From NCBI GenBank assembly GCA_963756845.1, contig CAVWPD010000008.1, positions 358,234-422,233 on the forward strand: a DNA stretch of 64,000 nucleotides. The letters are read 5' to 3'. Shown here one piece after another: positions 57,219 through 64,000 of this stretch. The first letter of the stretch is position 1; each line of letters starts with the position of its first letter. The position numbers and the translations under genes are program-made. The notes below the pieces were generated by a model. The model did no database searches, was not told where the DNA came from, and saw only the letters and a list, made by a program, of their open reading frames with translations. Origin of the DNA: an uncultured Gammaproteobacteria bacterium (GTDB taxonomy: Bacteria; Pseudomonadota; Gammaproteobacteria; Steroidobacterales; Steroidobacteraceae).

Positions 57219-58991
57219 ATGCCCAAGTCCCTCATCGGCGCTATCTTGATTTTTTGTTGCGGCGTTTCCGTGTGTGCGGCCGCGGACTCGGTCGAGTCGC
57301 GGCTGGCCGCTCAGAACGCCCTGTTCGAGGACTACTATCAGGCGGAGTTGCTGACTCACCCGGAGCGCGCGACGGCAATCGGCGACTATCGCTACAACGA
57401 TCGGCTAGATGACTATTCTCCCGCCGCATTCGAGCGCCAGCATGCCAGCGACGAGAGTTATCTTGCGCGGCTGCAGGCCTTGTCGACCGCCGGTTTTGCG
57501 GAGCAGGACGCTCTTTCCCATGAGGTCATGGCGCGCGCGCTGGCGCAGCGCATGGCGAATTTTAAATTCAAAGAATACGAAATGCCCGTGAATCAGATGG
57601 AAGGCCCACAGGTGCGCCTCGCCGACCTGCCGCTGTCCGTTCCTCTCGATTCTACCCAGCATTACGAGGACTATCTGGCGCGCCTGCATCAGATACCGCG
57701 GGTGTTCACTGAAACAGAAGCCGTGCTGGGCGCGGGAATGAAGGACAGGGTGATGCCGGTGCGCTTTCTCATTGAAAAAGTGCCCGCGCAGTGCGATGGC
57801 GTCATCGCGGCAAATCCATTCCTATTGCCGCTGAAGAAATTCCCTGCAGGCATGTCGCCGGAGGATCAACGGCGCTTGAGCAAGGCGATCAACGACGCGG
57901 TCGCCAACGAAGTGATTCCCGCTTACCAGGGATTCGCCCGCTTCATCGCCACGCAATACGCGCCCCACGGCCGCACGGTGTTAAGTGTTGCTTCTCTTCC
58001 GGATGGGAAGGCGCGCTACCTGAATGATATTCGCAGCCGTACGACGGTCAGCAATCTCTCGCCCGAGCAGATTCACGCGATCGGCTTGCGGGAGATCGAG
58101 CGCATTCAGGCCGATATGCTGACCATCGCCAAAGGCGCAGGATTCCCGGATCTGCCTTCCTTCCGCGAGTCGCTGAAAACCAATCCGCAGTACATTCCCG
58201 TTTCATCCGAGCAAATTTTGGACGATTTCCGCAAGTACATTGCGCAAATGCAGCCCAAGTTACCGGATTTATTTGGCTTCATCCCAGGATCGCCGGTGAC
58301 TGTCGAAGCCATTCCGGCGTTTCAGGCCGCCGCGGCCACTCACTACCAAACCGGCACTCCCGACGGCAAACGCCCCGGACGCGTCGTGGTCGCTACCTCC
58401 AATTTCGCGCATCGCACACTGATCGATGATGAGGCCACCGCCTATCACGAAGGTATTCCCGGGCATCACATGCAGCTGTCGGTGGCGCAACAAATGACGG
58501 GGCTGCCGAAGTTTCGCCAGCATGCCGGCAACTCAGGATATATCGAGGGCTGGGCACTGTACGCCGAACAGCTTGGCAAGGAAGTGGGGTTCTACCAGGA
58601 TCCGGTGAGCGATTATGGACGGCTCAGCAGCGAGTTGTTTCGCGCCGTGCGCCTGGTCGTCGATACCGGCCTGCACTCGGAGGGCTGGAGCCGCGATCAG
58701 GTGGTCGCGTTCTTCCGCACCTATCAGGCTGTCGATGAGCCCACCATTCAATCGGAAACAGACCGCTATATTGCGTGGCCCGCGCAAGCCCTTTCCTACA
58801 AGCTCGGTCAGCTGAAATTTCGCGAGCTGCGCGAGCGCGCGCAGAAAGAGCTGGGTGCGAAGTTCGATATCCGCAGTTTTCACGACGAAATGCTGAACGG
58901 CGGCGTGCTGCCGCTGGACTTATTGGATGCGCGCACCGACAGCTGGATCCGGGAGCAAAAAATGGCGGCCAAATCGGCGGCGAACCAGTAG
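57219..58991 (+). CDS. DUF885 domain protein, exported
   Basis: From the ATG at 57219 (MPKSLIGAILIFCCGVSVCAA). YHEGIPGHHMQ and GYIEGWALYAEQLG motifs are typical of DUF885. Confidence 0.8.
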   Translation: MPKSLIGAILIFCCGVSVCAAADSVESRLAAQNALFEDYYQAELLTHPERATAIGDYRYNDRLDDYSPAAFERQHASDESYLARLQALSTAGFAEQDALSHEVMARALAQRMANFKFKEYEMPVNQMEGPQVRLADLPLSVPLDSTQHYEDYLARLHQIPRVFTETEAVLGAGMKDRVMPVRFLIEKVPAQCDGVIAANPFLLPLKKFPAGMSPEDQRRLSKAINDAVANEVIPAYQGFARFIATQYAPHGRTVLSVASLPDGKARYLNDIRSRTTVSNLSPEQIHAIGLREIERIQADMLTIAKGAGFPDLPSFRESLKTNPQYIPVSSEQILDDFRKYIAQMQPKLPDLFGFIPGSPVTVEAIPAFQAAAATHYQTGTPDGKRPGRVVVATSNFAHRTLIDDEATAYHEGIPGHHMQLSVAQQMTGLPKFRQHAGNSGYIEGWALYAEQLGKEVGFYQDPVSDYGRLSSELFRAVRLVVDTGLHSEGWSRDQVVAFFRTYQAVDEPTIQSETDRYIAWPAQALSYKLGQLKFRELRERAQKELGAKFDIRSFHDEMLNGGVLPLDLLDARTDSWIREQKMAAKSAANQ

Positions 58992-59011
58992 CGCAGTCAA
59001 AGACCCTCTCG

Positions 59012-59377
59012 TCACGAGGAGGACAGCACGAACTGATTGCCGTCGGGGTCCTTGAACACCGCAAATTCCCCCCACGGCTGCTTCTGCGGGCCGGAAACAA
59101 ACTCGACCCCGCGTGCCGAGAGTTGCCGATGCGTCGCCGCGACGTCGTCGCAGGCAAATGAGCCGTTGAAGAAGCTGCCGATTCGGCTTTCGTGTCCTTC
59201 CGGGGTGAACAGTACAACGCGCGTGGCGGAATTGCCGATGCGCAGTTCGATCCAGCGCTGCTTCTCATCGAAAACTTGATCGGTGGATACCGTGAATCCC
59301 ATTTTCTCCGTATAGAACTTGAGTGCGCGATCCTGATCGCGCGTGGGAATGCCGACGAATTTGAGCTGTGTGATCAC
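59012..59377 (-). CDS. VOC/glyoxalase family protein
   Basis: QLKFVGIPTRDQDRALKFYTEKMGF... A GTG at 59377 with GGAG eight nt upstream gives a 121-aa product of typical VOC size. The ORF extends to 59494. Confidence 0.75.
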   Translation of the reverse strand: MITQLKFVGIPTRDQDRALKFYTEKMGFTVSTDQVFDEKQRWIELRIGNSATRVVLFTPEGHESRIGSFFNGSFACDDVAATHRQLSARGVEFVSGPQKQPWGEFAVFKDPDGNQFVLSSS

Positions 59378-59480
59378 GGGTGGTGCTCCATAAGAATTTT
59401 GAGCATTGCTTGCCGATGCCACCGCAATTATTCTATATTCGAAGCGCCCCTGGTACTGATAATCGGTATAGTCATTAACC

Positions 59481-59777
59481 ATGCAGCGCTTCACGTTGGA
59501 CAGCTACGTCATCGATGTGCTCATGCCGGATCTGGTCGGGCACGATCGGCGACCCGCGGCGTTTATCGTTTTTCTATACCTCTTGCGCAACGCCACATCG
59601 GCCAAACGAGATGCTGTGCCGGCAAGTCTGCAGACCATTGCCACGAACACGGGTCTGTCGAAATCGACGGTGCAAGCGGCCATCCGGCACCTGCGCCGCC
59701 GCCAGCTCCTGGATCCTCTGGTCATTGCCACGGTCACCCATCCCATCCGGCGGGTCATGCGACCCTGGATTCGCTAG
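59481..59777 (+). CDS. small winged-helix/HTH domain protein
   Basis: 98 aa. ...ASLQTIATNTGLSKSTVQAAIRHLRRRQLL looks like an HTH. Confidence 0.5.
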   Translation: MQRFTLDSYVIDVLMPDLVGHDRRPAAFIVFLYLLRNATSAKRDAVPASLQTIATNTGLSKSTVQAAIRHLRRRQLLDPLVIATVTHPIRRVMRPWIR

Positions 59778-59778
59778 C

Positions 59779-61242
59779 TCAACGGCGCTCGGCGTGTCGC
59801 TTTCTGCGCCGCCAGGCTTTCCAGGCGCGTACGCCCATATTGAGAGCCGCCCACGCGGACAACACACCGACAGGCCAGCCGATCCATGCGGGCCATAGAA
59901 ATGAAACCACCGCCAGCGTGGCGAGCAGCAGCATGCCCGTCAGCAGCGGTGCATTCGCCATATCGCCGAGCACGCGATGATTGGCCAACGTGGCCCCCAC
60001 GGAATTCGCCATGCGTAGTGCGGTGGCGGCGGCGCGGCTGGAACCACCGCCGCCTCTGCCCACCCTGGGTCGGCGCGGGTCGCCGGCGAGAATGGGTTCG
60101 GCGCGCCGATGGCGTCGCGGCGCCAGGATGATTTCAGTGGCGTTTTCCAGGTCGCGTTCGTACTGCGCGGCCAGCTGTCCGGCGAAATGCACGTCCTCGA
60201 TCGCCACGTCGATTTCTCGATTGCCCAGCCAGCTGGCGAGGTTGAGGTTTGATGATCCCACCCGCGCCCATTGACCATCGGCAACGGCGGTTTTCGCGTG
60301 CAGCATGGAGCCGTTCCATTCGAACACCCGGATGCCGGCGCGCAGCAGGGGCCGATAGCCGCTGCGCGACAAGCCGCTGACAACGGGAATATCGCTGTTG
60401 CCGGGTACCAGCATGCGCACATCAACTCCGTCCAGCGCCGCAGCGACCAACGCCTGCACGTAGGGTGCGATGCCGACGAAGTAGGCATCGCAAAGCCACA
60501 GCGTCTTGCGGGCCATCGATGCAATGAGCTGGTCCAGCCGGTACAGGCTGGCGCTCGGCGGCTGCGTGGCAATCACGCGCATGGACACCGAGCCGGCCGG
60601 GGGCGTCGAACCGAGCCTGTCCGAGAAAGTATCCAATGCCGCGCCCATGGAACTCCAGCTTTCGGCGAATGCGGTCTCGAGTTCCGCCACGGCAGGGCCG
60701 CGCACCGCGACGCCGGTATCCCGCCAGGGCGGCACGTTGCGAGACGGGTCGCCGAGCCACTTTGAACTGATGCAGACGCCTGACAGAAAGCCTTCGCTGC
60801 CATCGACGACCAACAACTTGCGGTGGTCGCGACTGATCCAGCCGAAGGGCTCGCCGAACTGCGGCGGATTGAATACTCGAATGTGGCCGCCGGCGGCGCG
60901 CAAGGGCGCCCAAAAGGATTTGCGCGATTGGCCGAGGCAGCCGACCCAATCGACGATCACTGCAACCAGTATTCCCGCCTTGGCGCGCTCCACCAATGCC
61001 TCGCGAAACTCGCGCCCCACTTCGTCATCCCGGACGATGTAGTTCTCGAGCAGCACTCGCCGGCGCGCGCCGCGGATGGATTTCAGCCATGCGGCGAAGT
61101 GTGCGGCGGCATCGATCAACAGATCGACCGAGTTGCCCTCGAGCAGGGGCGCGCCGGCGGCGCGGCTCAATGCCTGTTCGGCGAGCAGCCGGTAGGGGGT
61201 GGGGGCAGCGCGCGGTGCCGCTTGAGAATCTTGAATGTCCAT
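59779..61242 (-). CDS. phospholipase D / cardiolipin synthase family protein (ClsB-like) with C-terminal TM tail
   Basis: Two HKD motifs (DHRKLLVVDG and MLHAKTAVADG...GSSNLN), and two C-terminal hydrophobic segments. Confidence 0.85.
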   Translation of the reverse strand: MDIQDSQAAPRAAPTPYRLLAEQALSRAAGAPLLEGNSVDLLIDAAAHFAAWLKSIRGARRRVLLENYIVRDDEVGREFREALVERAKAGILVAVIVDWVGCLGQSRKSFWAPLRAAGGHIRVFNPPQFGEPFGWISRDHRKLLVVDGSEGFLSGVCISSKWLGDPSRNVPPWRDTGVAVRGPAVAELETAFAESWSSMGAALDTFSDRLGSTPPAGSVSMRVIATQPPSASLYRLDQLIASMARKTLWLCDAYFVGIAPYVQALVAAALDGVDVRMLVPGNSDIPVVSGLSRSGYRPLLRAGIRVFEWNGSMLHAKTAVADGQWARVGSSNLNLASWLGNREIDVAIEDVHFAGQLAAQYERDLENATEIILAPRRHRRAEPILAGDPRRPRVGRGGGGSSRAAATALRMANSVGATLANHRVLGDMANAPLLTGMLLLATLAVVSFLWPAWIGWPVGVLSAWAALNMGVRAWKAWRRRKRHAERR

Positions 61243-61281
61243 CCGCCAAAATCTACGCTAATGGCGGCGCCAGTGAAATCG

Positions 61282-61467
61282 CTAGGAGCGCTCCAGTGCA
61301 AAGCCCTCATCGAGCCAGCCGGTGATTCCCCCCGCCATGATATTCACCGCGTAGCCAAGCCGCGCCAGTTTCACCGCCGGGCGCGCCGCGCCATTGCAAT
61401 GCGGGCCCGCGCAGTAGGCGACGAACAGCGTGGACTTAGGATAGGCGTTCATTGGCCTGAGTCCCAT
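61282..61467 (-). pseudogene. C-terminal half of a rhodanese domain (truncated remnant or mini-ORF)
   Basis: The 61-aa product ...LFVAYCAGPHCNGAARPAVKLARLGYAVNIMAGGITGWLDEGFAL covers only the active-site loop and C-terminal part of a rhodanese fold. trmL ends 4 nt upstream, leaving no room for the N-terminal half. Confidence 0.45.
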
Positions 61468-61470
61468 CGA

Positions 61471-61956
61471 CTATCGACGCCGGTTCTTGCAGCCCGCGCG
61501 GCCCGCAAAGCCTGACTGACGCCAGGCCTCGAATACCACCAGCGCCACGGCGTTCGATAAATTGATGCTGCGGCTGCCGGCCTGCATGGGGATGAACAAG
61601 GAATTCGCGCGGCCTACCCGTTCCATCACGGCGTCGGGCAGACCGCGTGTTTCGGGTCCGAACAAGAACGCATCTCCGGCGCGCAGCGGCACATCGCTGT
61701 AGCAGTGCAGGCCACCCGTCTCGACGCTAAATAAGCGCGCGCCTTGCAAACCGGTTAGACACTCCTCGAGATGCGCATGCACTTTGACGGCCGCCAGATC
61801 GTGATAGTCCAGTCCCGAGCGCTGTAAACTCTTATCGTCGAGGCGAAACCCCAAGGGTTTGATCAAGTGCAGAGTCGCGCCGGTGTTCGCACACAGCCGA
61901 ATGGCGTTGCCGGCATTCGGCGGTATTTCCGGCTCGAACAACACCACGTGAAACAC
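61471..61956 (-). CDS. trmL: tRNA (cytidine/uridine-34 2'-O)-methyltransferase
   Basis: 161 aa. MFHVVLFEPEIPPNAGNAIRLCANTGATLHLI... (SPOUT, YibK-type). Confidence 0.9.
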   Translation of the reverse strand: MFHVVLFEPEIPPNAGNAIRLCANTGATLHLIKPLGFRLDDKSLQRSGLDYHDLAAVKVHAHLEECLTGLQGARLFSVETGGLHCYSDVPLRAGDAFLFGPETRGLPDAVMERVGRANSLFIPMQAGSRSINLSNAVALVVFEAWRQSGFAGRAGCKNRRR

Positions 61957-61959
61957 GCG

Positions 61960-63045
61960 TTAACTCTCGGCGCCGGTCCGCGGGCCAACGAGAACCGTCT
62001 GCGTCGGATAGGCCAATTCCACGCCCAGCTCGCGCAACACATCAAGGATGCGAAAGTTCACGGCCTGCTGCAGATCCAGCAAAGGGTTCACCGCAGGCTG
62101 CTGCACGAAGTAGGAGAGTTCGAAGTGCAGCGCGTTGTCGGCAAACGTTCTGAAGTGACAGCGCTCAAAACGAGCCTGCGCCTGATCGCGAACCGCGCCT
62201 TCCAGGAGAGTGGGTATTCCCTTGAGTTTCTCGATCGGAGTCTCGTAGGCCACGCGTATGGTGGTCAAAATGCGCTGCTCCGGCAGCCGGCCGAAATTGC
62301 GCACACGGCTGCGCAGGATGTCGGCATTCGAGAGGATGATTTGCTCGCCGCTCTCGCTGCGCAGCCGCGTCGTCTTGATGCCGATGTGCTCGACTTTGCC
62401 GATGTAGGCATCAAGGTGCAGGTTGTCGCCGACCACAAACGGCTTATCCAGGGCGATCGACAGAGACGCGAACAGATCCCCGAGCACATTTTGCAGAGCC
62501 AGCGCCACGGCCACGCCGCCGACCCCGAGGCCGGCCAGCAGCGCGGTGATGTTGACGCCCACATTGTCCAGCGCCACCAAGATCAGCAGCGACCAAATCA
62601 ACATGTGGGCAACAAAGTTGATGATATTGAGCGAGCCGGAAAAAGTGCGGTCCCCGCCGCGCTCCTGTTCCTTGAGCTCCAGAAAAAATCGCAGCGCCCG
62701 TCCGGTCCACAGCCCCACTTGTATCAATACCAGGATCAGGACAACGGCCGACACGGCGCGCTGAACCTTGTCCGGCAGAGTGAGGCTTTCCTGGCCGGCG
62801 TCCAGCGCAATGGCCAGGAACAGAATCTGCTTGGTGTTGCCGATCAGGTAGGCGATGAGCCTGATCAGCGTGGGACGCTTGGCGCCCGAATGGCGCCTGT
62901 AGCGTGAAGCGATGAGGCTGCGAACAATCCACAGCGCGGTCCAGACGATGGCCGCGATGCCGGCCGCGGTGATCCAATCCTTCAACGAGTTGCCGAGCAG
63001 CAAGCCGTGCGCCGCATCGAGTTTTTTCGAGAGGTAATCGCCCAT
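61960..63045 (-). CDS. mechanosensitive ion channel (MscS family)
   Basis: 361 aa. N-terminal TM helices, then the MscS core (LAGLGVGGVAVALALQNVLGDLFAS...PFVVGD). Confidence 0.85.
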   Translation of the reverse strand: MGDYLSKKLDAAHGLLLGNSLKDWITAAGIAAIVWTALWIVRSLIASRYRRHSGAKRPTLIRLIAYLIGNTKQILFLAIALDAGQESLTLPDKVQRAVSAVVLILVLIQVGLWTGRALRFFLELKEQERGGDRTFSGSLNIINFVAHMLIWSLLILVALDNVGVNITALLAGLGVGGVAVALALQNVLGDLFASLSIALDKPFVVGDNLHLDAYIGKVEHIGIKTTRLRSESGEQIILSNADILRSRVRNFGRLPEQRILTTIRVAYETPIEKLKGIPTLLEGAVRDQAQARFERCHFRTFADNALHFELSYFVQQPAVNPLLDLQQAVNFRILDVLRELGVELAYPTQTVLVGPRTGAES

Positions 63046-63086
63046 GATGGCGAATTATAGACTGCCGCGGGCGCATGCACGCCTGG

Positions 63087-64000
63087 CTAGTTGACATCCT
63101 CCATGCCCAGCTCCTTCATCTTGCGCGTCAGGGTATTGCGGCCCCATCCCAATAATTTCGCCGCATCCTGCTTCAGGCCGTCGGCCTTGCGCAGCGCCAC
63201 GCGAATCAAGATGCGCTCCACTTCAGGTACTGCCTGATCCAGCAGTCTCTGCGTCCCGGCATCCAGCTCTTGCTCGGCCCAATGCGACAGCTTTGCCATC
63301 CAGTCGTGATTGGTGATCTGGCCCGCCACGGCGCCGCCCAGATCGGGGGGAATGTCCTCGGCACGCACCTCGCGTCCGGGGGCCGTCACGGTAAGCCGCC
63401 GGCACGCATTCACCAGCTGGCGCACATTGCCCGGCCAGTCGAAGGTCACGAGCGTGGTTTCCGCAGGGCTCGTCAGCAATTTCGGCTCAACGCCCAGCTC
63501 GTGTCCGGCGACGGACAGATAGTGCCGCAATAGCTCCGGGATATCCTCGCGGCGCTCGCGCAGCGGCGGGATCTCGATTCGAATCACGTTGAGCCGGTGC
63601 AGGAGATCTTCGCGAAAATGACCGGACTTCACCCGGGTCTCCAGATCCTGGTGAGTCGCCGCTATGACACGCACATCGACCTTCACCGGCGTTTGTCCAC
63701 CCACCCGGTAGAATTCTCCCTCCGCCAATACCCGCAGCAGCCGCGTCTGCAGTGCCGGTGACATGTCACCGATTTCGTCGAGAAACAGCGTCCCTCCGTC
63801 CGCCTGCTCGAAACGCCCGCGGCGCAGCGCATCGGCTCCCGTGAAGGCGCCTTTTTCATGTCCGAATAACTCGGATTCCAATAGGTCGGCGGTGAACGCG
63901 GCCGTGTTGAGCGCCACGAAGGCTTTGTTGGAGCGCGGGCTGTGCCGATGCAAGGCGCGGGCCACCAGTTCCTTGCCGGTGCCCGACTCCCCGGTGATCA
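63087..64000 (-). CDS. ntrC: nitrogen regulation protein NR(I), sigma-54-dependent response regulator; 3' part only, runs off the window
   Basis: AAA+ sigma-54 activator motifs (GESGTGKEL at the window edge, [15 protein letters not shown]). The C-terminus [24 protein letters not shown] closely resembles the E. coli NtrC tail. Confidence 0.9.
   Translation of the reverse strand, partial: ITGESGTGKELVARALHRHSPRSNKAFVALNTAAFTADLLESELFGHEKGAFTGADALRRGRFEQADGGTLFLDEIGDMSPALQTRLLRVLAEGEFYRVGGQTPVKVDVRVIAATHQDLETRVKSGHFREDLLHRLNVIRIEIPPLRERREDIPELLRHYLSVAGHELGVEPKLLTSPAETTLVTFDWPGNVRQLVNACRRLTVTAPGREVRAEDIPPDLGGAVAGQITNHDWMAKLSHWAEQELDAGTQRLLDQAVPEVERILIRVALRKADGLKQDAAKLLGWGRNTLTRKMKELGMEDVN

Noticed and set aside
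1-64000. Scan for CRISPR arrays, tRNA/rRNA genes, reverse transcriptases and known defence-system genes
   Set aside because: I saw no regularly spaced repeats, no tRNA-like T-arm/acceptor patterns and no rRNA-like stretches. Every large ORF is accounted for by housekeeping or IS functions. The eye scan is not exhaustive.

Overview
The window is a visibly GC-rich proteobacterial chromosomal segment, probably gamma- or beta-proteobacterial. It is densely coding and mostly housekeeping.

Recognisable core genes:
- Respiration and redox: a PQQ dehydrogenase with cytochrome bd (cydAB-like) oxidase, and a two-subunit molybdenum hydroxylase.
- Repair, transport and export: uvrD, trkA-trkH, dtd, tatABC, and back-to-back POT and OPT peptide transporters.
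- A 10.5-kb co-directional cell-envelope string: envC, S41 Ctp protease, a GGDEF protein, pbpG, two tandem DUF4139 paralogs, mrdA and an SDR gene.
- The conserved rhodanese-grxC-secB-gpsA block, then trmL, an MscS channel and the 3' part of ntrC.

I found no rRNA, tRNA or CRISPR array, and no recognisable defence system.

Observations worth a second look:
1. An ~8.4-kb insertion (about 23.96-32.30 kb) is bracketed by a 54/55-nt direct repeat that duplicates the 3' end of a membrane-protein gene. It carries an IS110-family transposase, a tyrosine recombinase with a frameshifted IS91-family transposase, an orphan histidine kinase, an antitoxin-less MazF-like toxin and small unrecognisable ORFs.
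2. A clear TPP riboswitch sits directly upstream of a TonB-dependent receptor, which is followed by a secreted alpha/beta hydrolase.
3. Two exported DUF4139 (MuiA-like) paralogs lie between peptidoglycan enzymes.
4. A TetR-linked envelope cluster includes a signal-peptide-bearing CYTH-like protein.
5. Three phased 12-mers lie upstream of pbpG.

None of these proves a new system. All family calls come from reading the translations, not from database searches.
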